Source of the DNA: an uncultured cyanobacterium
Lineage (GTDB): Bacteria; Cyanobacteriota; Cyanobacteriia; Phormidesmidales; Phormidesmidaceae
Direction of reading: 5' to 3'
Assembly: GCA_963793265.1 (NCBI GenBank)
Contig: CAWBZI010000004.1
Span: forward strand, 32,001 to 96,000
Length of the DNA stretch: 64,000 nt
The translations under genes were made by a program, and so were the position numbers. The notes beneath the pieces are model-generated. The model made no database searches. It had not been told where the DNA came from and saw only the letters and a list, made by a program, of their open reading frames with translations. Positions 22,197 to 32,488 of this stretch are shown piece after piece (within the stretch, counting starts at the first letter, position 1; each line of letters opens with the position of its first letter).

Positions 22197-22403
22197 ATGG
22201 CTCCCATCGAATCTAATGATGGTCTAATGACCACGCTTATTTTAGCGGTACCGTTTGCTGCTCTGCTCTATTGCGGCTTGGCCATTGGCGTATTACTAAC
22301 AGTTCCTGCCGCTAAAGCCTATCCATTAGTTTTCGGTGGTATTTTTGGCCTGATTCCACTCGTCACAGGTGCCGCCATTTGGGTAGGCCCCTTCAGAAAA
22401 TAA
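22197..22403 (+). CDS. Small two-TM membrane protein
   Basis: ATG 22197 (MAPIESNDG...), two hydrophobic helices; fills the intergenic gap. Confidence 0.6.
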   Translation: MAPIESNDGLMTTLILAVPFAALLYCGLAIGVLLTVPAAKAYPLVFGGIFGLIPLVTGAAIWVGPFRK

Positions 22404-22414
22404 ACGTATAGCTG

Positions 22415-23755
22415 CTACAACTGCCATTGCACCAAGCGAACCGCATTGCCTAAGATTCGATGCTTGAGCCAAGAACGATTTTTCCACTGCTTGAGCGAAA
22501 TTTGCTCGCTTTGTGAAAAACCTCTCTCAAATACGGCCTCGACGCCCTCAAATAGTTTATCGCTGCTGGTTACAATGTCTAGCTCGTCGTTGTGCAAAAA
22601 GCTGCGGTAGTCAAAGTTTGCGCTACCGATGTTAGCCCAGTCATCATCGACAATGAGCATTTTTGCATGAGTCATGCTGGGCTGATACTCAAATATTTTG
22701 ACGCCCGCTTTCAAAAGTGAGCCGTACACTTCAAACGAAGCGTAGTAAACGGGCTTTTTGTCTGATTTGACGCTTGTAGTCAAAATCCGCACGTCTACGC
22801 CTGCTTCGTGAGCTGAAATTAGCATTTGTCGCGTACTTTTGTTGGGTAAAAAATACGGACTCGATATCCAAACTCGATGCCTGGCGCAGGCAATCAGCGT
22901 TTGCTTGAGCGTTTCAATAGGAGAATCACGATAGCCTGGTTTTGTACCGGGCGTAACTAGGATTGAAGATGTTTCATTTGGCCGAGATAGCTCAGAGGGT
23001 TCTTTCTTTTTTGGCGACGGATACACGACGCTCATATCAATAGACGTTACTTCGCCCTTCTCTTTTCGATGCCCTAGCCAGTGAGCCTGAAAAATGGCCC
23101 CCAGCACTTCAACAATCTCGCCCTCAACTGCCGCCTCAATATCTAACCAAGGCTTTGTATCATCCGATTTTTCGGTGCCGTCCCATAGGTTAGAAATACC
23201 TGCGCCGCCAGTTAAGGCTACTTTGCTGTCGATAATGAGTAGCTTACGGTGTGTTCTGCCTGCGAAGTTAGCGGGTGCTCGCCAGTCAAACGGATTAAAG
23301 AAAACAATTTCTACGCCGACTGAGCGCAGCCGCTGCCAGTATTCGTCTTTAAGCGATCGCGTTCCCCAAGTATCAGCGAGCACCTGTACGCTTACCCCGT
23401 CGATGGCTCGGCGGCATAGCGCATCGGCAAAATCATCTGCTCGCCGCCCAGGCGTCATCATAAAGGTTTCAAACTGGATGCTGCACTTGGCGCTATTAAT
23501 GGCATCGACTCTGGCTTTTTGAATTTCGTCCATCGTGTCCCAAAACTGGGTGACGTGGCCGGTGGATTCCAGGGAGCCAGTGATGCTTTTTAGGGCGGTG
23601 AGGAAGCGTGGATCTGTCGGTGCGATCGCTTTTTCTATATGAAACAAAGGTCGCCACCGAAAAGCCCCGCGAATGTAAAGGCTTAGCAGTATCAGCACTA
23701 CCAGAACCAGCACGGCAATTAACGACCAAAAAAGAATGTCGAGAAAGATTCCCAT
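22415..23755 (-). CDS. Cardiolipin synthase-like phospholipase D family protein
   Basis: Two HKD motifs (HRKLLIID, HAKMLIVD) and an N-terminal TM segment. Confidence 0.88.
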   Translation of the reverse strand: MGIFLDILFWSLIAVLVLVVLILLSLYIRGAFRWRPLFHIEKAIAPTDPRFLTALKSITGSLESTGHVTQFWDTMDEIQKARVDAINSAKCSIQFETFMMTPGRRADDFADALCRRAIDGVSVQVLADTWGTRSLKDEYWQRLRSVGVEIVFFNPFDWRAPANFAGRTHRKLLIIDSKVALTGGAGISNLWDGTEKSDDTKPWLDIEAAVEGEIVEVLGAIFQAHWLGHRKEKGEVTSIDMSVVYPSPKKKEPSELSRPNETSSILVTPGTKPGYRDSPIETLKQTLIACARHRVWISSPYFLPNKSTRQMLISAHEAGVDVRILTTSVKSDKKPVYYASFEVYGSLLKAGVKIFEYQPSMTHAKMLIVDDDWANIGSANFDYRSFLHNDELDIVTSSDKLFEGVEAVFERGFSQSEQISLKQWKNRSWLKHRILGNAVRLVQWQL

Positions 23756-23994
23756 GCAGTTTTCCTGTTATCTACAGACCTTTTATACAGCCAACGAGAG
23801 CGCACACCTGACCAAAGTCTATATACCTCTGGGTATTTTCTTGGTCTGACAGAAGGCATAGATTCAGGGAAGAGAACGGATTGAAAGCCGAAGAGAAGAG
23901 CAGTTTGTTCTTTTCAAGAATTTACGGCGTGGTGCTGCAAAAACGTATCCTCGAAGTTTGTTCTTTTTGTTTTTCGGTGCCTAGTGAGTGGCGT

Positions 23995-24456
23995 CTAATG
24001 AGGGCTCAGATTGAATTCTCGCACCGCAGGCATGAAATTATTGTTTTCGTGACTGGGGCGGCTGAGCTTGATTAAAGCAAACCGCTGAAGCTCACTTAGC
24101 GCTGCCCACTGCTCTACGGAGAGCGGTACGTTCTGCGACTGAAACTTTTGAACGACCTGCTCTGGAATGTTTGAAAGGTTTTGCCAGGGCGGAGAAGCAG
24201 ACACGTCTAAGGTTTTGGCGGGGGCACCTGCGCGATCGGTGATGAGAGCTTGGAGGCGATCGCGATACTCCTCTATCTCCTTAGTTGTGCTGCACGGCCA
24301 CTTTACTAAGGTTAAACGCTCATCAGGCGTAAGTTTATTCCAATGCTCTAATTTGAGCTTTACCCCACAGGTATCGAGGCTGTGGCGAACGCTCATAGGG
24401 ATGCAGCGCAGTGAGCCTACAAAATCCTGCTCAAATTCAAAATAGGGAGAAGCCAT
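23995..24456 (-). CDS. narM: Nitrate reductase-associated protein
   Basis: FEFEQDFVGSLRCIPMSVR..LDTCGVKLKL and LQRFALIKLSRPSHENNN; ATG at 24456. Confidence 0.88.
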   Translation of the reverse strand: MASPYFEFEQDFVGSLRCIPMSVRHSLDTCGVKLKLEHWNKLTPDERLTLVKWPCSTTKEIEEYRDRLQALITDRAGAPAKTLDVSASPPWQNLSNIPEQVVQKFQSQNVPLSVEQWAALSELQRFALIKLSRPSHENNNFMPAVREFNLSPH

Positions 24457-24769
24457 TAAAAAGCTTTTTGTAGTTTTTCCTGTAAAAGTCTGTCTGTAAT
24501 AAAAGACAGCACGAAACAATTCTTTTTATCCTGCCTAGATAATCTCATACCTGAGTACTAGGCGATCTCACTCCTTAGTAGACCTTGATTCGCTTGACTC
24601 GCTCGGTCAGTTAAGGGAGACTTAATATAAGTACAAGTAGTCAGCTAGTGGTCACTCTCGCCTGATGCGAACAATTGTAAAGTTTTGCAGCGTTATGCCT
24701 AGTTAATTTCAGTGACATTGACTACGATTATAAGGAATTATTTCCAAGCTCCTCTTAGCACGGTTTTAT

Positions 24770-24991
24770 ATGGAAACGCTTGAGTTTGTAATTTATCCCG
24801 ACGGTCGGGTTAAGGAAACGGTAACGGGTATCGTCGGCGCTTCTTGCGCTGAAGTGACGGCTGCTATAGAAGCGCAGCTTGGCGAAGTGATGGCCCAAGA
24901 GACGACTTCTGAGTATTACGCGCAGCCGGTTACCGTCGCTAGCAAAGTGTCTAATGCTGCTCAAGCCAACGTTTCTCATAGCCACTGGTAG
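24770..24991 (+). CDS. DUF2997-type protein
   Basis: METLEFVIYPDGRVKETVTGIVGASC; first gene of the known DUF2997-DUF1257-ferredoxin triplet. Confidence 0.8.
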   Translation: METLEFVIYPDGRVKETVTGIVGASCAEVTAAIEAQLGEVMAQETTSEYYAQPVTVASKVSNAAQANVSHSHW

Positions 24992-25094
24992 CGCTCTTTT
25001 TTACGGTACCTTCGCTTCATTTTTTGACGCTATAACTGACGACTTCTATGCGTCATTCAGCTCTCCAACTGCCTAATCTATCCAGGTCTTACAA

Positions 25095-25487
25095 ATGTCT
25101 CACTTTAGCCAAATAAAAACTAAGCTCCGCAACCTTTCCTCTTTGCAGCTAGCGCTAAATGATGCAGGCGTTCGCTGGGAAGTTGGCCCTAAGACCGTTC
25201 GCGGCTACCAGGGAAAAACTGAAACCGCTGAGGTCGTGATTGAGCAGCAAAACGGCTACGATGTCGGGTTTAAGCGCGACGAAGAAACCGGCAACTATGA
25301 GCTAGTGGCTGATTTGCAGTATTGGCAGCAGCCGCTTTCGGTGAATGGCTTTATTAATCAGGTCACGCAGCGCTACGCCTATCACACCGTTCTCAATGAG
25401 TCTGCTAATAAAGGCTTTCAGGTTTCTGAGCAGGTAGATAATAAGGATGGCTCTATCCGCTTAGTGCTACAGCGCTGGGGCGCATAG
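25095..25487 (+). CDS. ycf35: DUF1257 / Ycf35 family protein
   Basis: MSHFSQIKT, YELVADLQYW, QRYAY, DGSIRLVLQRW. Confidence 0.85.
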   Translation: MSHFSQIKTKLRNLSSLQLALNDAGVRWEVGPKTVRGYQGKTETAEVVIEQQNGYDVGFKRDEETGNYELVADLQYWQQPLSVNGFINQVTQRYAYHTVLNESANKGFQVSEQVDNKDGSIRLVLQRWGA

Positions 25488-25605
25488 CTTTCCGATGGCT
25501 TCTCTTTTTTTGGAAGCCTAATCAATTTTCAAAAGCCTTGGTTTGTTCGCAGCCGAGGCTTTTTATTTATCTCGAAGCGAAACATTGTCTAACGAAAGAT
25601 TGCAT

Positions 25606-26067
25606 ATGTCTAAAAACCCATCCGAAAATAATGCCGACAGTCGCACTGGATTTGAGCCTGAGCTAGGCGGCGTGCTGAGAAATGCCCAATCGCGCAGCGG
25701 TTTGGAGCCTGAGCTAGGCGGGCAGTTTCGTCAAAAGGGTGTGTATGTAGACGAGATTAGCTGTATTGGCTGCACGCACTGCGCCCATGTGGCTCGCAAT
25801 ACGTTTTATATAGAGCCGGAGTATGGCCGGGCGCGGGTGGTTCGTCAGAATGGTGATTCGGCGGCGCTGATTGAAGAGGCGATGGATACCTGTCCGGTGG
25901 ATTGTATTCATGAGGTGGACTATACCGAGCTGAGACAGTTGGAGCGCGATCGCCTCAATCAGGTTATGCCGGTGGTAGGCTTCCCCGCAGAAAAGGCCGT
26001 TGCGATGGTTCATCAGCGCCGCCGTAACCGCAAACTGCGCCAGGCTAAAAATCGGGAGCCTGAGTAA
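25606..26067 (+). CDS. Ferredoxin (3Fe-4S/4Fe-4S type)
   Basis: VYVDEISCIGCTHC...AMDTCPVDCIH; repeated GxEPELGG at the N-terminus. Confidence 0.88.
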   Translation: MSKNPSENNADSRTGFEPELGGVLRNAQSRSGLEPELGGQFRQKGVYVDEISCIGCTHCAHVARNTFYIEPEYGRARVVRQNGDSAALIEEAMDTCPVDCIHEVDYTELRQLERDRLNQVMPVVGFPAEKAVAMVHQRRRNRKLRQAKNREPE

Positions 26068-27562
26068 CTTGAACCTGCCCGTTAGGGGCGATCGCTAAGC
26101 GTAGGGTCACCATCGAGACAGTCTCTAAGCTTTCGGCTGGCAGATTGAGAGACAGTCCGCTGGGCTGAAGGTTGCTTGCCTCGGCTTCAGCCGCTTCGCT
26201 CTGTGCTTCAAAGCTGACGATTCGCCCCTGATTGGATAGCTGAATTTGATAGATCAAGGGGGCTGAGGGTGATAGCTCAATGATTTGCTGTCGGTTTTGG
26301 AAATAGGTTTGGGTTTGGGCGATCGCCTGCTCAACGGCATCGGCATAAAGAGCACTGCTAAGTCCCAAAGCATCACTTGCCTCAGCGGATGCGGATGCCC
26401 TTTGCTCATAGGCTTCAGCAGGCAATGTCTCAGCAGCAGAGTCCGAGGGCAGGTCAGACGCTAACGATTCAGGCAGCTCTGACATACGCCCCTGGGCCTG
26501 GCGCTCTGTCTGTATTGCCGAGGGCTGTCTTATGGGCGGTGCCGATGCGATGTCTGGGATTTCGTCGGCTGATACAGGCGGTGGAACAGGCGCTGGCGGC
26601 GCGGCTGGTTGTGAGCTGTCCGGTTGACTGCCGCTAGAACGTTCAGGCTTTATATCCGGTGGGTCTGAAGCAACTGGTATGTCTGAAGTAGGTTGATCTG
26701 CGGCGGATCTGTCCGTAACGGATGGATTTAATTGCTCTTCTAGAGGCTCAATAGTGCGATCGCCTATCGATTCTTCTGTGCGTCCTCTACTAGCCGATTC
26801 TTGGGGGAGTGCAGATCTTTGACGGCTGGTTCCCTGACCAGCTTCAGGCGGGGGCGAGGGAGTCGCGTTGCTGGGGCTCGGTTCAGCCTGAATGGCCTCC
26901 AACTCTCTGTCTGTCGCTGAATCTTCTGCCTCTTGGATTGAGCGCTCGGCTTCTCTATTAACGGTAGCCGTGAGCTGCTGGTCGTTTGAGCTGTTTTGCC
27001 AAATTGCCGTGCTAAGGCCGACAGTCAGTAGTGCGCCCGCTGCTGCTGATCCTATCCATAGCCTACGGCGACGGCGGGCGGCGGACAGGGAAATAACATT
27101 ATTGGTTTGGATCGTTTCGGCAGGCTGGGGAGCGATCGCCTCTACTGAACTTTCTTCTACTGAACTTTCTACCGATCTCAGCGCTACAGGCAGTGCTCTT
27201 GTGGCCTGCTCGCACTGATATAGCACGGACTGTAGGTCGCATAGCTGCAGATAGCTGAGGGGCTGAGAGATTGCTATAGGAGAAGGCGGCGGGGCGGTTT
27301 GGTTGAGGTGGGCGATCGCTAAGGTCGAGCGAACTTGCTGCGATATAGACTGCGATAGCGCTTGGAGGGTGGTGCGATCGCCCTGAGCTAATAGCACGGG
27401 CTCTTCATTCTCGTGTGTACTCATCCACAGCTCAAACTGTAGGTCTTGCGCGATGGGCTGCGGGTACCACTTTGAAAGCGCCGAGAGCTGCAAATCCACA
27501 TCGAGAATATAGTTGCCAGCGGTATATCGTTGTTGGGTAGAAGGAGTCGCTGGCGTAGCCAT
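26045..27562 (-). CDS. Second DUF4335-like membrane protein
   Basis: N-terminal RYTAGNYILDV..SALSKW...LQFEL and LSYLQLCDL, TM segment, Pro/Ser-rich linker, C-terminal LIYQIQLSNQGRI domain. Confidence 0.6.
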   Translation of the reverse strand: MATPATPSTQQRYTAGNYILDVDLQLSALSKWYPQPIAQDLQFELWMSTHENEEPVLLAQGDRTTLQALSQSISQQVRSTLAIAHLNQTAPPPSPIAISQPLSYLQLCDLQSVLYQCEQATRALPVALRSVESSVEESSVEAIAPQPAETIQTNNVISLSAARRRRRLWIGSAAAGALLTVGLSTAIWQNSSNDQQLTATVNREAERSIQEAEDSATDRELEAIQAEPSPSNATPSPPPEAGQGTSRQRSALPQESASRGRTEESIGDRTIEPLEEQLNPSVTDRSAADQPTSDIPVASDPPDIKPERSSGSQPDSSQPAAPPAPVPPPVSADEIPDIASAPPIRQPSAIQTERQAQGRMSELPESLASDLPSDSAAETLPAEAYEQRASASAEASDALGLSSALYADAVEQAIAQTQTYFQNRQQIIELSPSAPLIYQIQLSNQGRIVSFEAQSEAAEAEASNLQPSGLSLNLPAESLETVSMVTLRLAIAPNGQVQVTQAPDF

Positions 27563-27658
27563 CTAGCAGTTTGATAAATCGAGTGGTGAGCATACACCTA
27601 ATAGAATAGCGACGAATTCGCTTCTCATTCGCCTGGTTACTGATATGGCAACGCTCGC

Positions 27659-28875
27659 TTAAGTGGGATAGTCGTCTCTGCTATCGTCTAGCTCGTCTAG
27701 TGATTTTGAAGGGGGCTCTATCACGCGATAGTCCGCCTCGTAAACGCCCTCTGCGTCGATGTCGTCTAAATTTTCTGGGTCTACGTAGGGTGAATCGTCG
27801 TAGAGGCCATCTCGGTACACGCGCTTTTGAGCGTTGGCAGGTGGAGCGTCGCTGTAAGTTTCAAAGTTTTCCCAGCCGCTGTCTAAGTTATCGCGATCGC
27901 CGCTGGTAGAGTCATAGCGGCCCGCATAGCCTTCGTCGTAGCGGTCTTCTGAGTAACGGCTGTCTGCGCGATAACCCCCTTCATAACCGCTGTAGCCGTC
28001 GCTGCCTTCGTCCCATCCTGCCGCAATCTCATCTGCTGTCTGCGCAGGTGCTTGAGGCGGCTTACCGATGCCTATGAAGTCTAAGAAGCCTTTCTTTGTC
28101 TCAGCGGCTCTAGCCGGGTCGTCGGCGTCCCAAGTATTGCGGTGCTCAACTGTTCGCAAATCGCCCCAGTCGTCACCAATCTTTTTGTTTGCTACCGGCG
28201 TGTCACTGCTTTTACTCTTTTTTTTTTGGAAAAAGGATTCACGATAGTCGAACGTGGTTCGGGTGAAGGCAGGGGTTCCGAGGCTCGATCTGTAACAGAT
28301 GGAGCGGTGATGATAGGGTCTGAGGGGGGGACTATGGGTGGTTCTATAAAATTTTCTGCAGGATTAGCTGCACTCTCAGGCGTACTGTCAGCGGCTGCGT
28401 AAGCGCTTTGATAAGGCGGTGTGTAAGGTTCTGGTCTGTAGGACTCAGCGCTATATTCGGGGCCGTAACGGCTGCTGTCGGCGGGTGGTGAAGCGGTGGG
28501 AGCCGAATCTTGAGGCGGCGGCGAGGGCTCGCTGACAAAGGCCGTTGAGGGCGCGGGCGCGCTGTAGGTGGCTGCGGGTGGCTGATGCGCTGGCCCGGAG
28601 GGGGGCAGATCAGTGGAGCCTGGGCTAGCTGGGTAAGGAACGCGCGAGCCGATGGGCCGGTATTTACTTTCGGGTGGACGCCGCAGGCCGATGAGCCCGT
28701 ATAAAATTAGCGTGATGAGTGACCCCAAAACTACTGCGCCTACTAGCATTAAGCCAAGTGGAATGGCGGGCGTGGTGTAGCTACCGAGAACGACGAGCGG
28801 AAAGGCTGTTGAATTCTGAATGGCTAAAGCGGCCATTACTAAAATAATCAGCAGCAAAACTATCAGTCGAGGCAT
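27659..28875 (-). CDS. LapA-like membrane protein with long low-complexity tail, split by a frameshift at an A10 tract
   Basis: ORFs 28192-28875 and 27659-28159 join (...PFSKKKKSKSSDTPVANKKIGDDWGDLRTVEH...) if one A is added at 28218-28227; N-terminal LAIQN...IPLGL two-TM pattern. Confidence 0.65.
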
Positions 28876-28924
28876 GGTTGGGGTACTCCTTGGGGGCTTG
28901 TAGGTACCTTTGCTATTTCGTATC

Positions 28925-29611
28925 TTACTCGCCTGTCCAGCGGCGTAATGGTACACAGTCTATCGCAAGCTGATCTAAGGCTCTAGCGACGACGAAATCG
29001 ACTAGATCATTGATGCTTTGGGGGCGGTGATACCAGGCGGGAATGGCGGGTACGATGCGCGCGCCTGCTTCGGCTAGGGTGGTGAGGTTGCGTAAGTGGA
29101 TGAGGCTTAGCGGTGTTTCTCTGGGTACGAGAACAAGCGATCGCCCCTCTTTAATCTGAACGTCAGCCGCGCGTTCTAGCAAGTCAGAACTTAGCCCTGC
29201 TGCGAGCTTACCAACAGTGCTCATACTGCACGGCATGACCACCATGCCCAGGGCTCTAAACGAGCCGCTAGCAATGCTTGCCCCGACGTTTCCAGACGCG
29301 TGACAGCGCAACGTTCCTGCTTTCTCTACGCCCGCTTGCTCGCGCCAAAAGTGCGCCTGTTGCTCTGGATTGGTGGGCATTTGAATGCCGTCTTCTTTGA
29401 GCCAAACCTGATGAGAAGCTCGCGAGGCGACTAAATCGACGGTGTAGCCTGCTGTGAGGAGATGGGTGAGCGATCGCACCGCATAAATCAGTCCTGAAGC
29501 CCCGCTGACGCCTAAAATAATCGGCGTTTGAGGAACAGCTTGTGTTGAATTAGATGATGCGGGCGTTTTAGCTTTAGTAAGGGTTACATCAGCAGTATTG
29601 TTTGCGGTCAC
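28925..29611 (-). CDS. ubiX: Flavin prenyltransferase
   Basis: LGVSGASG, IASGSF, PCSMST, RAADVQIKEGR, PRETPLS. Confidence 0.93.
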   Translation of the reverse strand: MTANNTADVTLTKAKTPASSNSTQAVPQTPIILGVSGASGLIYAVRSLTHLLTAGYTVDLVASRASHQVWLKEDGIQMPTNPEQQAHFWREQAGVEKAGTLRCHASGNVGASIASGSFRALGMVVMPCSMSTVGKLAAGLSSDLLERAADVQIKEGRSLVLVPRETPLSLIHLRNLTTLAEAGARIVPAIPAWYHRPQSINDLVDFVVARALDQLAIDCVPLRRWTGE

Positions 29612-29657
29612 GTTTTAGTTGCGTTAGGGATAGGGAGTTTGCTGCTGCGTCTCAGAT

Positions 29658-32006
29658 TTATTCCTCTTCAGAAGGGAAGTCTTCACCACCATCGTCGTCT
29701 TCAGCGGCTTCGCTGCCACCACCCACGGCGACCAGATCAATTTGCTGACGGTAGTAGTCCACGCTCTTGACTTGAACTTCGACGCGATCGCCCAGTCGAT
29801 ACTGCTGCCGATTCTTTCTACCCACCAGCTTTTGCTGACGCGAACGATACTCATACCAGTCATCTTTAAGCGAGCTTACGTGCACAAGCCCTTCTACTAG
29901 CAGCTCCTCTAGCTCTACAAAGAACCCGTAAGACTGAACGCCGGTAATCAATCCGTGAAAAACTTCGCCTGTGTGCGCCTGCATGAAGGCTGCTTTCTTC
30001 AACCCTTCCAAGTCAGATTCAGCATCTTGAGCAACCCGTTCGCGCTCGGTGAGCTTGATCGGTGCGCGCGATAGCTGCTCTTCCATCGACTGCTGTACCG
30101 CAGGTGGGAGAACGCTCCAGGTGATGTTGCCATGGCATGAGCTGTGGCGCAGATTCACGCTGTCTTTTGACCGGGTAGAGCGGCGATCGCGCCCATGCTC
30201 AAACACCGCATGTAACAGCCTTTGCACCAGTACATCAGGATAGCGGCGTACGGGGGAAGCAAAGTGGGTGTAGGCGTCGTCAATGGCTAGGCCGAAATGA
30301 GGGCCAGGTTGCGCGCTATAAACTGGCGGCTTAAAAGTTGCTAGCAGCAGGTAGGTCAGCACCTTCTCAGACTTGGACTCGGCAAATGCTTCGGTGAAGT
30401 TGCGATAGTCGCTAGGTCGCACCTCTTCTTCATTTTCAAGCTGAATGTCAAGATCCATATTGTTAGCCAGCTTGACCAGCTCTTGCACGTCAGCCAAATC
30501 GGGCGTGCGATGAATCCGGTAGAGCCCAGGAATGCCCAGCTCTTGAATGTGCTTGGCGACAAGCTGATTGACGAGCAGCATGGCCTCGGTCACGATAATG
30601 CGGGCAGGCAGCTTAGCCGATACGGCCATCGCGCCTAGTGAGCCTTCATCGTCATAGTGAAACTTGGGTGAAAGATATTCTGCTAAGTCTTCAGCTTCGG
30701 GTGGAAATACATGGTCGGGCAGGCTTAGCTCAAAAGAACCGCGCTCGTGACGGTGCTGTCGCAGCTCTTGGGCGAGCTGAAACAAACTATCAATCAGATC
30801 GAATGCTGGCTCAAACTCTTCTAAATCATCTGGGTCAATGCCTAGCTGTTCTAGCTCCTCATCCTCTTCGCGTGCCAAGATGCCCTGAACCTGGTCGTAG
30901 TCTATCTGATGTTCTACCTGGATGACGCTCGGCTGAATTTCGTACTCTAATACTTGCCCACCATCGTCAATGGTAATGAGCACCGAAATCGCTAGCCGAT
31001 CTTTTCCAGGGACTAGCGAGCACAGCGCATTGGGTAAAGGTGGCGGCAGCATGGGGACAATTTCGTCGCCTAGATAAACGGCGCTACCACGGCGGCGGGC
31101 CTCACGGTCGATAGCTTCGTCGGGCTGTAGGTAGTGCGCAACGTCAGCAATGTGAATGCTCAAACGGCGGAGCCCATCGTCGGTAATATCAAGGCTGAGG
31201 GCGTCATCAACAACTTTGGGGTTAGGCCCGTCTATGGTGATAACGTTTTGGCCGCGCAGATCGATGCGATCTTTGGTGTCGGCTTTGCGGACGCGATTGG
31301 GCAAGCCGCGAGCGGCGATGAAAACGTCTTCCTGGAAGTTTTGCGGAAGATCGTGCTTGCAGTACACGATGTCGATGTCGGCGGCATCTTCAGCATCGCT
31401 GCCGAGAATGCGAGCCACTTTGCCTTTTGGCGGATTTTGGGCCAGCGGGTACTGGGTGATTTCGACGTGGATGAGGTGGTCGATGGCCTCTGAGAGGTCT
31501 TTTTCACTTTCGGTAATGTCTAGCTCAAAGAGCAGGCGGTCGTCTAGGGGGACGGCTTTGAAGGTGTCGTCTGTTTCGCCTGCTTTAACTTTGGAGAGCA
31601 CGGAGGCGTTGGCGCGCTCTAGAATGAGCTTGACTTCGCCTTCGGGGCTGCGGCGACGGCTGCCGTCTTTGGTGACTTTGACTAAGACGCGATCGCCATT
31701 CCAGGCCGTGTGTAGCTGCGACTCCCGTACGTAAATATCGTCGGCAGTTTCTTCATCTTGAATAGCAAAGCAAAACCCCTTGCTAGAGCATCTTAATTTG
31801 CCTTCTACAACGTCCTCTTCTTCGACTCTGCGATACTTCCCGCGTGATTTTTCTAGAACGTTAATGCGCTCAAGGGCATCTAGGGCGATTTGTAACGCTT
31901 GAGAGCTGGCTTTGCCTGAGCAGTTTAGTTTTTTTTCTAGGGCTTTAACAGCAACTAATTTATCGTCCGAAAAATTAGCTAATAGTGACGCAATCGAAAA
32001 TTCCAT
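29658..32006 (-). CDS. rnr: Ribonuclease R (RNB family)
   Basis: Cold-shock domain, TIDG...DDALS, YTHFASPVRRYPD, C-terminal S1 domain. Confidence 0.9.
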   Translation of the reverse strand: MEFSIASLLANFSDDKLVAVKALEKKLNCSGKASSQALQIALDALERINVLEKSRGKYRRVEEEDVVEGKLRCSSKGFCFAIQDEETADDIYVRESQLHTAWNGDRVLVKVTKDGSRRRSPEGEVKLILERANASVLSKVKAGETDDTFKAVPLDDRLLFELDITESEKDLSEAIDHLIHVEITQYPLAQNPPKGKVARILGSDAEDAADIDIVYCKHDLPQNFQEDVFIAARGLPNRVRKADTKDRIDLRGQNVITIDGPNPKVVDDALSLDITDDGLRRLSIHIADVAHYLQPDEAIDREARRRGSAVYLGDEIVPMLPPPLPNALCSLVPGKDRLAISVLITIDDGGQVLEYEIQPSVIQVEHQIDYDQVQGILAREEDEELEQLGIDPDDLEEFEPAFDLIDSLFQLAQELRQHRHERGSFELSLPDHVFPPEAEDLAEYLSPKFHYDDEGSLGAMAVSAKLPARIIVTEAMLLVNQLVAKHIQELGIPGLYRIHRTPDLADVQELVKLANNMDLDIQLENEEEVRPSDYRNFTEAFAESKSEKVLTYLLLATFKPPVYSAQPGPHFGLAIDDAYTHFASPVRRYPDVLVQRLLHAVFEHGRDRRSTRSKDSVNLRHSSCHGNITWSVLPPAVQQSMEEQLSRAPIKLTERERVAQDAESDLEGLKKAAFMQAHTGEVFHGLITGVQSYGFFVELEELLVEGLVHVSSLKDDWYEYRSRQQKLVGRKNRQQYRLGDRVEVQVKSVDYYRQQIDLVAVGGGSEAAEDDDGGEDFPSEEE

Positions 32007-32488
32007 GTAGCGGTGAATCCTAAGTTTGAATCCTGAGATATCGAAGATGAAGTGAGCTTTGGACTGGGCTTTAGAATGAGCCTTCTATTTTGCCGAAGGC
32101 GGCGGCATCTACTTAAGGCATGTAGTTAAAAATGGGCTGTTTGGGTAGCCCGGTTTTTTAACTACCGTTCCTAACTTTAAAGGCACAAAGATGCCCATCA
32201 GCTACAATCTCTTAATGGTTTTGGAGTCTTTTGATTTGCAGTTTTGTTTCTATAGCTCAGATGCTTTGTCCCGAGGGCTCAGCTCACCCTAGTAGGTTCC
32301 AGTGAGAATAGCCTAGTGGGAATAGATGGCATCTAAAACAAACGTCAAAAACAGACTCTTTTAAACACTAAAAAATAAAGCGTCAGGCAAACCTTGCCTA
32401 CTGTCAGCTTATATCACAACCTTCTTATCGTTCCGCAATAGGTAGAGTACTGTCAAATTTTTCTCAGGTGACGGGCCCAGAAATGAGC

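Noticed and set aside
24457..24769. NtcA site upstream of narM
   Set aside because: No convincing GTA-N8-TAC found
25640..25722. Repeated GAGCCTGAGCTAGGCGG in the ferredoxin gene as a possible CRISPR or mobile repeat
   Set aside because: Only two copies, encoding the GxEPELGG peptide repeat of this ferredoxin family
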